From: Candidatus Latescibacterota bacterium
Lineage (GTDB): Bacteria > Latescibacterota > UBA2968 > GCA-2709665
Direction: 5' to 3'
Assembly: GCA_965116875.1 (NCBI GenBank)
Contig: OZ220733.1
Span: 2,752,001 to 2,816,000 of the forward strand
Length of the DNA: 64,000 bases
Positions 27,485 through 37,745 of the stretch are shown here, one piece after another (position 1 is the first letter of the stretch; each line of letters begins with the position of its first letter). The position numbers and the translations under genes are program-made. Under the pieces are notes generated by a model. It was not told the origin of the DNA and did not search any database. It saw only the letters and a program-made list of their open reading frames with translations.

Positions 27485-29827
27485 ATGAAGGAACACAGAC
27501 ATCCGCATCCGCACAAGGATCCGAGACAGCCCGGTGACGGGACCGGTCCGCAAACCAATCCCCCTGTCTTCGCCTGGCTTCCGTTGGATTCCGCCTCGGG
27601 CTATCGCCTGCAGGTGGCGCGTGACCCGGCTTTTAAGAACATCTGCCTGGACAAGGGCGGCCTGCAAGAACCGGTATACCTGCCGGAACGGGCGTTTGAG
27701 CCCGGAGAGTATTTCTGGCGGTGGTCCGCGGGTTGCGGCGCGACGTCAGAGGATTTTTCGTTTGAGATCCGGCCGGAGGCCACAGTTGTGGAGGTGCCCC
27801 CGGCAAGCGAGTGGCTGAAGCGATTCCCGTCTGAACACCCGCGGGTCTACGTGCGGCCGGAGGAGGTGCCGGCGCTCCGGGCCGCCTCCGCCGGCGATGC
27901 TTCACAGGCGTGGGAGGGCCTGCGAGACAGCGCCGACGCCGTGTTGGCCGAACCGCACGAGATCGAAGAGCCCCCGTTTCTGCCCGACCGTAGCGAGAAC
28001 TATCAGAAGTATCACGAGACGTGGGCGCCGATCATGTGGGAGTCCCGGCGCTTCGTCAAGGGCGCGGAGACCCTGGCGCTGGCGTTTCTGGTGAGCGGGG
28101 AGGACCGGTTCGCCCGCGCCGCCTGCCAACGGATGGCGTCCATATCACGCTGGGACCCGGAGGGATCGAGTCACCTTGCCCACAACGACGAGGCCCACAT
28201 GTCCGTCATCTGGAACGGTTCCAACGCGTGCGACTGGGTGTGGGACCGTTTTACGGACGAGGAACGCGATGCCGTTGTGGCGCAGTTCCGGCAGCGGGGA
28301 CGGATTACGTTCGACTATATGCACAACAGGGGGTCGTACGGGGTGACGCGGTTCGACTCGCATGCCGGCCGCGAGATCGTGTTCCTGGCCCACATCGCGC
28401 TGGTGTTTCACGAAACCATTCCCGAAGCGCAGTCGTGGCTGGAGTGGCTCAGGCCCGTGCTGTGCGGCATCTGGCCGATCTGGGCGGGCGACGACGGGGC
28501 ATGGGCGGAAGGACCCTCCTATGGACTGGCCTATGTCACGATTATGTCCATGTTCGCCTCGGTGCTGAAGCGGGGTATCGGCGTGGATCTGTACCGGAGA
28601 CCCTTCTGGAAGAACCACGCCCGCTGGCGCCAGTACTGTTTGCCGCCATACGCGGAGTGGATGGGATTCGGCGACCATACGGAGCGGTGGGCAGGCTCCT
28701 GGAGGTCCAATGCGGACCTGGTGGACCTGATCGGGCGCGAGACGGATACCGGCGAGTTCGCGGGATACGTGGAAGCCTTCCGCGCCGAGGCAGAGCAGAT
28801 GCAGACACCGGAGGAGCGGCGAAGCTCGGGCGTGATGTCGCAGCTCTTCCTGGCGCAACCTGAAAAGGTGTGTCCGGAGAACGGCGGAAAAGAACCGATA
28901 TTTCGCGTGTTCCCGGCCGCCGGATGGGCCGCGGTCCGGACGGACCTGAACGATGCCGCGCGGGACGTTGCGCTGATCTTTCGCTCTTCTCCGCTCGGCG
29001 CCATCAGCCATTCCCACGCGAACAACAACGATTTCATTCTGCACGCCGGCGGCAAGGTGATGGCGATGCCCAGCGGCTATTACATCGGTTACGGTTCGGA
29101 TCATCACACGCACTGGGTCTGGCACACCAAGTCCCACAACTGCGTCACACTTTCGGATGCCTCCCAGATCATGCGTTCGCACGACTCGCTCGGTAAGATC
29201 GAAAATGCGTTCGAGGACGAGGGAATCGTCTACTTTGCAGGCAACGCGGACGCCAGCTACAGCGACCGCGCGGAACGGTGCCGGCGGCACGTTTTCTTCC
29301 TGAAAGCGCAAAGCTGTTTCGTGATGATCGACGAGTTCGTCGCGGCTCCGGGCATCGATTCGGCGCTGCAGTGGAACATCCACTCCTGGAACCGTTTTTC
29401 GGTAGACGAGGAGAGACGGACCTTCCTGCTGGAGCGTGAAGGGAGTACCCTCGAAGGGCATTTCATGTACCACAACAACGCGTTCTTCTCCCTGAGCGAG
29501 GGGTGGGACCCCCCACCGATGCGGACCGGCAGGGACGAATCGCAGTGGGGCCAGCAGTACCATCTTCGGTTTACCACATCCGGCCTGGTGAGCCGGCGCA
29601 ACCTGGGCGTCGTGCTGTGTCCGGGACACGCGTCGCTGGATCGGCCCGGAGTACAGACCGAGCGGTCGGGCGAAACGGAAGTGGCGCGGATCGGGGACGA
29701 CCTCGTGCTTGTTGGCGGTCGGGACGGCGTGGCATTCGGCAGCCGTCGCTCCGGCGGGCTTGCGTTGCTGGTCGTTCAAGGCCGGGAGTATGAACTTGGG
29801 GATGCGGGCGTCGCAACGAGGAGATGA
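27485..29827 (+). CDS. DUF4962 / heparinase II/III family oligosaccharide-lyase-like protein, cytoplasmic
   Basis: TNPPVFAW, EHPRVY, HNDEAHM, FDSHAG, DGAWAEGPSY, GFGD, SSPLGAISHSHANNNDF, SGYY, TKSHNCVT. No signal peptide. Confidence 0.88.
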   Translation: MKEHRHPHPHKDPRQPGDGTGPQTNPPVFAWLPLDSASGYRLQVARDPAFKNICLDKGGLQEPVYLPERAFEPGEYFWRWSAGCGATSEDFSFEIRPEATVVEVPPASEWLKRFPSEHPRVYVRPEEVPALRAASAGDASQAWEGLRDSADAVLAEPHEIEEPPFLPDRSENYQKYHETWAPIMWESRRFVKGAETLALAFLVSGEDRFARAACQRMASISRWDPEGSSHLAHNDEAHMSVIWNGSNACDWVWDRFTDEERDAVVAQFRQRGRITFDYMHNRGSYGVTRFDSHAGREIVFLAHIALVFHETIPEAQSWLEWLRPVLCGIWPIWAGDDGAWAEGPSYGLAYVTIMSMFASVLKRGIGVDLYRRPFWKNHARWRQYCLPPYAEWMGFGDHTERWAGSWRSNADLVDLIGRETDTGEFAGYVEAFRAEAEQMQTPEERRSSGVMSQLFLAQPEKVCPENGGKEPIFRVFPAAGWAAVRTDLNDAARDVALIFRSSPLGAISHSHANNNDFILHAGGKVMAMPSGYYIGYGSDHHTHWVWHTKSHNCVTLSDASQIMRSHDSLGKIENAFEDEGIVYFAGNADASYSDRAERCRRHVFFLKAQSCFVMIDEFVAAPGIDSALQWNIHSWNRFSVDEERRTFLLEREGSTLEGHFMYHNNAFFSLSEGWDPPPMRTGRDESQWGQQYHLRFTTSGLVSRRNLGVVLCPGHASLDRPGVQTERSGETEVARIGDDLVLVGGRDGVAFGSRRSGGLALLVVQGREYELGDAGVATRR

Positions 29828-32800
29828 GCATGAATAACGGACCGACGGGCCTGAAGGTGGATGTGTTGAAGGACATGTGCCCGGAGACGGCGCTGGTTGT
29901 CAACTGCGAGCCGGAGGCGAAGATCGTCGTCGGCGGGGATGCAACCCACGCAAGGCAGGCGGCCAGGATCGTCGAGCGGGTCGAGGCGGCAACGGGGGCG
30001 CGGTTGGAGGTGGTCCGGGCAGCGGACGCGGCTGCCGGGGTTCTGCTGGAGGGGAACGTGGTGGCGCTGGGGAATATGGCCGACAACGCCTTTATCCGGT
30101 GGCTTTATTACCAGTGGTGGGCGGTGGAAGACCGCTGTTATCCCGGCAGGGGCGGGTACGCGCTGCGCACGCTGCACAACCCCCTGGGGAACGGGCACAA
30201 CGTGGTGCTTCTGGGCGCCAGCGACGAGGCGGGGCTGGAGCGGGTGGTGTCGCGTTTTGTGGACCTTGTACGAGATGAGACGACGTTCAGCGTGGGATGG
30301 ACGATGGAAATCCGGCTGGGTCCCGGGTTCGACGCATTTTCCCGTCCGCCGGAGGGATGGCTGCAGGAGCGGCGGGAGGACTGCATCGCGCGGGCGACGG
30401 CGGCTCACGCGTCCGAGTCGGGCGCCGGTTTCCAGCTGATTTCGGAGGCAGGCGCGTATGGACTGATGTATCACCGGACCGGACACGAGGCGTACGCGTC
30501 CGCCGTTCTGGAAATTGCGAAAGCCCACCTGAGGATGGGCGAGTACGGGGTGATGGCGCACTTCCACGTCTGGTGGCTGGCAGCGGTTTGGGACCTGATC
30601 GAGGAGAGCCCGGTGTATACCGAAGAGGACCGGCTGAAGATCACGCAATACCTGCTGTGGATCATGGATTCCACGGAGGGGGCGTATACGCGGTTCTTCA
30701 GGGAGGGTGTGGGGCACCGGATGGTCCGGCAGAACCACCAGACGCTGGTGGCGCTGGCGGCGTGGTTCGGAGGAAGGTATTTTTCGACCCACTACGGTTT
30801 CGAAGAGGCGAAGGAGTGGATGGCCGCGTCGGCGGAGGTATTCAGGGGGCAGGCGGGGTCGTTCAAGCCCATCGAGGATGCCAATGCCTATCAGTGGATG
30901 ACGCTGGACCATATATTGACCTATACACTTGCCAGCGGAGATACCACCTATATCGACAATGGAAACTGCAAGCGCTCCCTGGACCAGGCGGTGTTGTATT
31001 GCAACAACCGTGGCGCACTGCCCGCGTTTGGAGATACGGGTGCGCCGATGGACGGATACCCTACGAATTTCCTGGCCAAGGCGGGTCATGTACTTCAGGA
31101 CGGGCGCGCGGTGTTTCTGCTGGGCAAACGGTTCGACAGGCCCTCGGACTATTTCCGGCCCCAGAGGGCGGGAGAGCGGTATGAAACCGTGAGCGATCCA
31201 TTGCTGGTGAGGAGTTTCGAGAAATATTTCGACGACGGCCTCGAGCCACGTGTCCCGGACGAGATGGCCGGCGTACAGGTACTCGAGGTCGCAGGGGGAT
31301 TCTACGATCTCGCCGAAGATCCGAAGGCGAGACCGCGCGAAGTGAAACCGTTGAACCTGCCGAGAGAAGAGGCGTTCGACACGGTCTGTTTCCGTGAAGG
31401 CTTCGGCCGGGACGACCAGTACCTGATGTTGCATGGGATCTACTACGGCAACCACAGCCACGAAGACGGGAATACGATCCCGGAGTTTTCGGCCAACGAC
31501 CGGATTTTCCTTGTGGATGCTTCGTATACGGAGGGACCGACGCTCAAGCACCACAACGGCGTGACGGCGGTGCGGGACGGGGAAGCGTGGGACGTTCCGG
31601 CGCTGTGCCGGCTGGAGGGTGTGGCGGACCTGGGTCGTCTGGGCATCAGCCGGACGTCGGTCGATGGTGAATGGGGCGCCCTGTGGGTCCGGAACGTCGT
31701 GTGGCGCAGAGGCCGATCTTTCGTGGTTGTGGACGAGGTCGAAGCGACGAAGCCGGGAGCGTTCGCGCTGCAGTGCCACTGGCGCACGTTGGGGAGGCCG
31801 GCATTGAACGACGGGACGCTGGAGGTGGTTCAGCGGGACCCCGAGACCGGGCGCGAAGACCGGTTTGTTCTGCAAAGCGCGGGAGGAGGCCGGATGTCGC
31901 TGGAGCGGGACTGGGAGAATTTCGGTCACTGGTGGGACGCATATCCCTATGCGGATGACTATGTGAATATTCTGCGCGAGTCGGTTAACCGGGAGATGCA
32001 GGCGGGAGACCGGCACACGTTTATCAACCTGTTCCATGCCTCCAACCGGAAGAAACCCGTGGACGACCGGATTCGCCGCGTGGGGGATTCCGCGGCGGTG
32101 GTCGAGGGGTCGCAAGGACGGTTGCTGGTGGGGACCGGGGGCGGAACGGGTACGTTTGAGGTCGGGCCGTTATCCGGCCGCGCCGGTATCTACGCGGCTG
32201 GCGACGGGTGGTTTGCGCTGTGTAACGGGACATCGCTTTGTTCGGAGCGCGCGGTTTTTGAAAGCGAATACCCCGTTTCAATCGAGTTCGATCTGGATGC
32301 GGGCGAAGGTGTGGTTGTGGCAACGCGGCCCACTGAGATCACGCTGAACGGAGAGCGGTTACACGTTGCGTCCGGGCGGCAGGAAGTGACAGTGCGTACG
32401 CCGGGGGCAGGTGGTTTTTCGATGGGCGGGATTGCGGCCCTCCCGGCGTACGAGGCGGACTCTCAGGCGTCCGCAAAGACAGTGGCCGTGCCCGGGCTGC
32501 GCAGGGTCCGGACGTACGACGCCGGCTCCGGGGTGCGCTGCGCCGCCGCGAGCCGGGACGGGGTGGTCCTTGGCACGGAGGACGGACGGGTCCTGGCGCT
32601 GGACGGAGACGCAAAGCCGGTCTGGTCCTTCCATGCGGAGGGGCGCGTGCTTTCTGTGTGTACTGCGGAACTGGAAGGCCGAAGCTGCGTGATCGCGGGC
32701 GCCGGCGACAGGCGTCTCTATCTGCTCGAGGAAGGCGGACACGTACGGTGGTCCCGCGAATTTGAGATATACAGGGGGACGTGGGACCGGTACGCCCGGA

Positions 32801-33567
32801 ACTCCGCCGTGGAGTTCGTGACGGCGGCGGACCTGCGCGGCGACGGTGGGATGGACGTCCTGGCGGCGGTCTCGGACCGGAAGCTCCACTGTTTCGACGC
32901 GAACGGGGACGAGCGCTGGAGTTTTATGATCTACGGAATATTCGCGCCGCTGCGTGTCGCGGACATCGATGGGGATGGAAGGCAGGAGGTCATCGGCGGT
33001 CCGGGCCGGATTACCTGCGGGGGCACCTGTTACGTGCTGGATGCCCACGGCGCAGAGATTGCAAGCCACGGGCTGGACGGGTGGGCGTCGATGATGCCCG
33101 CGTGCGACGTGTGGACGAAGGACGAGGAGCACCTCATCGTGTGCGGAACGAACCGGTCGCACGTGTTTGGCTTGAAATTGGACGACAATCGACTGGAGAC
33201 GCTCTGGAAGCAGCGGGTGGGGGAGGAAGTGAACGCGGTCTGCGCCGCGGACGTGGACGGGGACAACAGGCCGGAAGTCCTGGTCGGGTCGGACTGTTTC
33301 TATCTGTATCTTTTGGATGAACAGGGTAAGGAACGATGGCGGCGAAACCTGGGGGCGCCCGTTCAACAGGTGTTGGTGGCTGAACTTGAGGGAGACGCAA
33401 AGACCGTCGCGGCGTGTGAGGACGGGTCCGTGTGGGTGCTGGACGGGGATGGCGCGCCCGTTGCGAAACACCGGACGGGCGGGGCGGTTCACGTACTCGC
33501 GGCAGACGGCAGAGGCCATCTGATTCTCGGCGGGTCCGACGGGACGCTCTCGGTCATGGGCCTGTGA
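29824..33567 (+). CDS. 1247-aa multidomain lyase-fold protein (N-terminal alpha/beta domain, toroid, heparinase-like sandwich, C-terminal FG-GAP/PQQ-like propeller), paralog 1
   Basis: YPGRGGYALRTLHNP, WDLIEESPV, RQNHQ, EDANAYQW, PAFGD, NHSHEDGN, HHNGV, C-terminal ADIDGDGRQEV / ADVDGDNRPEV repeats. ATGA overlap with upstream gene. Confidence 0.72.
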   Translation: MSMNNGPTGLKVDVLKDMCPETALVVNCEPEAKIVVGGDATHARQAARIVERVEAATGARLEVVRAADAAAGVLLEGNVVALGNMADNAFIRWLYYQWWAVEDRCYPGRGGYALRTLHNPLGNGHNVVLLGASDEAGLERVVSRFVDLVRDETTFSVGWTMEIRLGPGFDAFSRPPEGWLQERREDCIARATAAHASESGAGFQLISEAGAYGLMYHRTGHEAYASAVLEIAKAHLRMGEYGVMAHFHVWWLAAVWDLIEESPVYTEEDRLKITQYLLWIMDSTEGAYTRFFREGVGHRMVRQNHQTLVALAAWFGGRYFSTHYGFEEAKEWMAASAEVFRGQAGSFKPIEDANAYQWMTLDHILTYTLASGDTTYIDNGNCKRSLDQAVLYCNNRGALPAFGDTGAPMDGYPTNFLAKAGHVLQDGRAVFLLGKRFDRPSDYFRPQRAGERYETVSDPLLVRSFEKYFDDGLEPRVPDEMAGVQVLEVAGGFYDLAEDPKARPREVKPLNLPREEAFDTVCFREGFGRDDQYLMLHGIYYGNHSHEDGNTIPEFSANDRIFLVDASYTEGPTLKHHNGVTAVRDGEAWDVPALCRLEGVADLGRLGISRTSVDGEWGALWVRNVVWRRGRSFVVVDEVEATKPGAFALQCHWRTLGRPALNDGTLEVVQRDPETGREDRFVLQSAGGGRMSLERDWENFGHWWDAYPYADDYVNILRESVNREMQAGDRHTFINLFHASNRKKPVDDRIRRVGDSAAVVEGSQGRLLVGTGGGTGTFEVGPLSGRAGIYAAGDGWFALCNGTSLCSERAVFESEYPVSIEFDLDAGEGVVVATRPTEITLNGERLHVASGRQEVTVRTPGAGGFSMGGIAALPAYEADSQASAKTVAVPGLRRVRTYDAGSGVRCAAASRDGVVLGTEDGRVLALDGDAKPVWSFHAEGRVLSVCTAELEGRSCVIAGAGDRRLYLLEEGGHVRWSREFEIYRGTWDRYARNSAVEFVTAADLRGDGGMDVLAAVSDRKLHCFDANGDERWSFMIYGIFAPLRVADIDGDGRQEVIGGPGRITCGGTCYVLDAHGAEIASHGLDGWASMMPACDVWTKDEEHLIVCGTNRSHVFGLKLDDNRLETLWKQRVGEEVNAVCAADVDGDNRPEVLVGSDCFYLYLLDEQGKERWRRNLGAPVQQVLVAELEGDAKTVAACEDGSVWVLDGDGAPVAKHRTGGAVHVLAADGRGHLILGGSDGTLSVMGL

Positions 33568-33667
33568 GGCGGTCGGGCAGTGGCGTACCAGGCGCCTTGA
33601 TCCTCCGGCACGGCAGGAAACTGGCGGCGGTCGGCTCCGGATTCTCGGGGGCGTCGGGGGAGGTGGA

Positions 33668-36409
33668 ATGATGCGGCGATATTTCTATCCTGTCCTTTTC
33701 TTTGTCTTGTGGATGGAAAACCCCGCCGCTGCAGTGCCTGATGATCCTTCCAGGAGCGATCTGATAAGAGAAGAAGAGCTCTTTTCGGCAACGGGTGAAG
33801 GGCTCAACAAGGTTGCTTCCGGGAGATTCGATCTGGTCCGACGCGAGCCGGGGACTGTGGTTCGCACCCTGGGGACGGATTTCGCGTTGACGCTGGAACG
33901 GGACATGACGCCGGGGATCTACCGGCTGAGCGTGCTCTGTTCGGCTCCGACAACGTCGACCGATTCCTTCTGGCTGGAGGTGAACGGGGAGCGGCAGCCG
34001 CAAGCGATCGTGTTGCCCAAAGACGAGTACAGCGAGGTGCATCGGGGCTTTCGGCTGGACGTGCCGGGAAGGACGTCTATTCGTCTGGTGCTGCGGGAAC
34101 GTCCCGGCGTGAGCGTTGCCCGTCTGAAGCTGACACGTCTGTCGGTACATTTCAATGCCGCGTCGGTTATCCGTCCCTCTCTGGCCGGGCAGCGCCCGCG
34201 ACTGTTCGTGACGCGGTGGGACATCCAACGTCTGCGCGACGCCCAGCGCAGCGAGGACGGACAGCGGCTCTACCGGCTGCAGGGGATGTTGCGGGGGACG
34301 CCGCCTCCCCGTACGGGTCCGCCAAGGCGCGCGGGATGGGCCTGGCGCATGGAAAATCAGGCGATCTCCTGCCTGCTCGCCAATACCCCCGATGCGGCCG
34401 AACGCTTCGAGGCCATCCGGCGCCACGTTCTCACGATATGCACATACGATAAGTGGCTTCCGGACGGCTGGTCCCACGCGACACCCGATCTGGATCTTGA
34501 CGCGGCCTACATGATCCACGGGACCGCCGTCGCGTACGACTGGCTCTACAACTGGTTCACGGAGGATGAACGACGGATCATCCGGGAGAAGCTGGCGTAT
34601 CAGGCCAGGCTCATGTTCGAGGCGTCCTTTCTGGAGCGGATGTACTGGGCGCGCACGGTGCAGCAGAACCACTACTGGTTCGACAATTACGCCATCGGCG
34701 CGGCCGGCGCGGCGCTCTACGGTGAGGTGCCGGAGGCCGAGGTATGGATGGCCTGGAGCTGGGACCGCCTCCAGGGGACGCTGAAGACATTCGCCCGGGA
34801 TGGGGGGTTCCACGAAGGACCTGCCTACTGGAACTTCTCCATGGGTTCGCTGTTTCGATGGATCGACCTGTACGAACATACAACGGGACAGACCATCGCG
34901 TATGCGGATACGTGGCTGCGGAAGACAGGTTATTTCCCGATCCACTACGTCTATCCCGATCTGCTTACCGGCGCAGCGTTTGAGGATACGTTTCGACCGG
35001 GGGTTGTTCCCGGGTTGGAAACGCTGCTCTGGCTGGCCGCCCGGAACAGAGACGCACGGCTGTTCAGGGTTGCCGGGTTGATTCACGAGGGGAAGCGGAG
35101 CACGCATTGGTGGACATTGAAAGCGCTGGCCTCGGGAACCGACGACGTGACGGGGACGCTGGACGACCTGTTGCCGAAGCTGGCCTATTACCCGGATGTG
35201 GAGGCGTACTTCGCGCGGACCTCGTGGCGGAGGGATGCCACGATGTTTGCGCTTGGCGCGCGACCCCTCGGCGGTCACACGCTGGCCCGGCTGATCGAGG
35301 CTTATCCGTGGATCGGCGGCGTAGGGCACAACCATCCGGCACAGAACAGCTTTGTGCTATACGGCGGTGGAAAGGAGCTGTTGATTGATCCCGGCTATAC
35401 GCTGAAAAAGGAAACCGCGAACCACAACACGGTCCTGGTGGACGGACAGGGGCAGTACGGCGACGGCGAGCGGTGGCCGCGCTGGTATCCCGGATGGTCG
35501 TACATCGGGTACGCCTCCACGAAGTTCCCGTATGTACGCGGAGAGGCGGCATCGGCGTACCCTCCGGAGCTGGGACTGAAGCGGTTCACGCGCCAGATGT
35601 TGATGCTGGACCACCAGCGCGTCCTGATTGCCGATCACCTGGAGGCGGACCGTCCTCGCCGGTTCACGTGGCTGCTGCAGTTCGATGAGGACGCGGAGGT
35701 GGTGTCAGCGGGCAACGGGCGGTTTTCAGCGACGTACGGAGGCGCATCGCTTCAGATCGATGTTCTGACTCCGGACGACATGGCATCGCAATTCGACCGT
35801 TACGAACCGACGTGGAACAATATCGCCCGGCCCGACTACCACGACAGGGTCGGCCGGCTGCAGTTGACCACCGCGCTGTTGAGGGCAACGCCGATCGTGG
35901 CCGCGCTTGCCCTTGACCCCGCCGCGGCGCGCCCGGTGCTGGAGATCAGGCCCGGCGTCCTGTTGTTGACGTTTCCGGACAGCATTCGAGTGGGGTTCAA
36001 TAGAATGGGCGAGGTGGTCGCGGTGGATGGCCTGGAGACCGACGGGCGCGCCGTGGTGATTACGCCTGACGGGACCGGCGGACGGAGGGCACGGGTTCTG
36101 GACATGCTCCGGTATCGCGACGGGTCCGGCCGGCTGCGTGATTTCCAGGATGGAGAGGGTGAATTCGTCCTGGCGAACGGCGCCTGGCTGCCGGCGTTCG
36201 CGGAGGCGCCGGTTGTGCTGACCGCGGACTTCGACGGGAACGGTACGGTGGGTTTCAGTGACTTTCTGAGGCTTGCGCAGGTGTTTGGTTCGCGCGCCGG
36301 GGCGGCGGACTGGGACGCCAGATTCGACCTGAACGGCGACGGCGAAATCGGGTTCCGGGACTTCGTGATCCTTGCGGCCCAATTCGGCAGGCGCAATATC
36401 GGAAACTGA
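33668..36409 (+). CDS. Secreted DUF4962 / heparinase II/III-like protein with C-terminal paired EF-hand dockerin-like tag
   Basis: Signal peptide, RPRLF, YDWLY, QQNHYW, DGGFHEGPAYW, GHNHPAQNSF, HNTVLVDGQGQ. C-terminal DFDGNGTVGFSDF..DLNGDGEIGFRDF. Confidence 0.85.
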   Translation: MMRRYFYPVLFFVLWMENPAAAVPDDPSRSDLIREEELFSATGEGLNKVASGRFDLVRREPGTVVRTLGTDFALTLERDMTPGIYRLSVLCSAPTTSTDSFWLEVNGERQPQAIVLPKDEYSEVHRGFRLDVPGRTSIRLVLRERPGVSVARLKLTRLSVHFNAASVIRPSLAGQRPRLFVTRWDIQRLRDAQRSEDGQRLYRLQGMLRGTPPPRTGPPRRAGWAWRMENQAISCLLANTPDAAERFEAIRRHVLTICTYDKWLPDGWSHATPDLDLDAAYMIHGTAVAYDWLYNWFTEDERRIIREKLAYQARLMFEASFLERMYWARTVQQNHYWFDNYAIGAAGAALYGEVPEAEVWMAWSWDRLQGTLKTFARDGGFHEGPAYWNFSMGSLFRWIDLYEHTTGQTIAYADTWLRKTGYFPIHYVYPDLLTGAAFEDTFRPGVVPGLETLLWLAARNRDARLFRVAGLIHEGKRSTHWWTLKALASGTDDVTGTLDDLLPKLAYYPDVEAYFARTSWRRDATMFALGARPLGGHTLARLIEAYPWIGGVGHNHPAQNSFVLYGGGKELLIDPGYTLKKETANHNTVLVDGQGQYGDGERWPRWYPGWSYIGYASTKFPYVRGEAASAYPPELGLKRFTRQMLMLDHQRVLIADHLEADRPRRFTWLLQFDEDAEVVSAGNGRFSATYGGASLQIDVLTPDDMASQFDRYEPTWNNIARPDYHDRVGRLQLTTALLRATPIVAALALDPAAARPVLEIRPGVLLLTFPDSIRVGFNRMGEVVAVDGLETDGRAVVITPDGTGGRRARVLDMLRYRDGSGRLRDFQDGEGEFVLANGAWLPAFAEAPVVLTADFDGNGTVGFSDFLRLAQVFGSRAGAADWDARFDLNGDGEIGFRDFVILAAQFGRRNIGN

Positions 36410-36514
36410 CCCGGCATCCCGCGATCCATCGGATCTGGCGCATGAAATGCGGCAATCTGTTTCATTTGGCGACAATCTCACGGCTCGTTTTTTGGGTGCA
36501 GGAGGGAAACAGAC

Positions 36515-37549
36515 TTGATCGAACTCGTTATTGCCGTCTGTACGGTTATTCTCGTCTCCGCAATGTGTTCTCTGTTTGAAGCCGTTCTGTACGCGGTTCC
36601 CGTCAGTTACGTCGAGAGCCTCGCACAGAAGGGAGCGCTCTCCGGCCGGATACTCAAAGACCTGCGTTTGCGCAATGTCGACCGTCCCATCTCGGCCATT
36701 CTCTCCTTGAACACCATCGCAAATACCGGTGGCGCGTTTGTGGCCGGCGCGGCGTTCATCAAGGTCTTCGGAGGACAGTGGGAACACTACTTTACCATCT
36801 TCATTACGCTGTCCGTGCTGCTTCTTTCCGAGGTCATTCCCAAGACCGTCGGGGTGGTCTACAGCCGGTCCCTGGCCAGTCTGATCGCCATTCCGCTACA
36901 GTGCCTGGTCTGGCTCCTTTATCCCCTGGTGGACATGTGCCGGCTCGTAACCCGGGCGTTTGCAAAGGGCCGTTCCAGCCAGGATGTGTCTGAAGACGAA
37001 ATCGCCGCAATGGCGCGCATGGGCCGGCAGACCGGGGCGATACAACCCGATGAAGCCCGCGTGATGCAGAATATCCTCTCGCTAAAACGCAAGACGGCCA
37101 GAAACGTGATGACGCCGCGAACGGTCGTGTTCGCGTTGAGCGCCGATCTGACCGTTGAGCAGGCGCAGAAGGAGGCCGGGACCTGGCAGCACAGCCGGGT
37201 TCCCGTTTACGAGAATGAATTCGAAGACGTGATCGGCGTCGTGATGCGCCGGGACGCGCTGAATGCGATGGCAGAGGGTCAGGGGCAGCAACCGATTTCG
37301 AAGCTGATGCGCCCGGTTCACTTCGTCGCCGAGACGGTGTCTCTGGACCGCGTCCTGGAGATGTTCCTGGAACGGCGGCAGCATCTCTTCGTGGTCATCG
37401 ACGAATATGGCGGGTTGGCCGGAATCCTGACGCTGGAAGACGTGCTGGAAGAGATCCTGGGCAGGGAGATCGTGGATGAGTCCGATACGGTGACGGACAT
37501 GCGTGAACTGGCGCGCCGCCGCCGCCGGCAGGTATCGGAAGGGGAGTAG
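36515..37549 (+). CDS. CNNM/CorB (DUF21 + CBS pair) membrane protein
   Basis: SAMCSLFEA, AILSLNTIANT, SEVIPKTVG, VMTPRTVV, HSRVPVY, VIDEYGGLAGILTLEDVLEEILGREIVDE. Confidence 0.92.
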   Translation: MIELVIAVCTVILVSAMCSLFEAVLYAVPVSYVESLAQKGALSGRILKDLRLRNVDRPISAILSLNTIANTGGAFVAGAAFIKVFGGQWEHYFTIFITLSVLLLSEVIPKTVGVVYSRSLASLIAIPLQCLVWLLYPLVDMCRLVTRAFAKGRSSQDVSEDEIAAMARMGRQTGAIQPDEARVMQNILSLKRKTARNVMTPRTVVFALSADLTVEQAQKEAGTWQHSRVPVYENEFEDVIGVVMRRDALNAMAEGQGQQPISKLMRPVHFVAETVSLDRVLEMFLERRQHLFVVIDEYGGLAGILTLEDVLEEILGREIVDESDTVTDMRELARRRRRQVSEGE

Positions 37550-37630
37550 CATGTGCTTAGACCGTGCCGCGAATTGCCAATTCGCGATACCGGATCATGC
37601 GCCCTCAGGGCTGAGTGGCTCCTCGTCGCC

Positions 37631-37656
37631 GTATAGGGGCGTCCCTTTGGGCGCCC
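37631..37656. repeat. Degenerate GTAG-type REP-like hairpin
   Basis: GTATAGGGGCGTCCCTTTGGGCGCCC; GGGCGTCC/GGGCGCCC stem in an intergenic gap. Confidence 0.4.
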
Positions 37657-37745
37657 GGGCCGGCGTAAGAGATGATGCTCAGTAGCCAATCGCGGACCAT
37701 GGCGATCTGAATTCTTGAATCCAGGCTATCTCCCGGAGGAGTCGA

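Noticed and set aside
29776-32115. 779-aa antisense ORF (also 28145-29779, 33554-35335, 44365-45975, 50185-51645, 53434-54912, 19042-20517, 13592-14899)
   Set aside because: Shadow frames opposite well-supported genes in GC-rich DNA; Arg/Pro/His-rich with no recognisable motifs.
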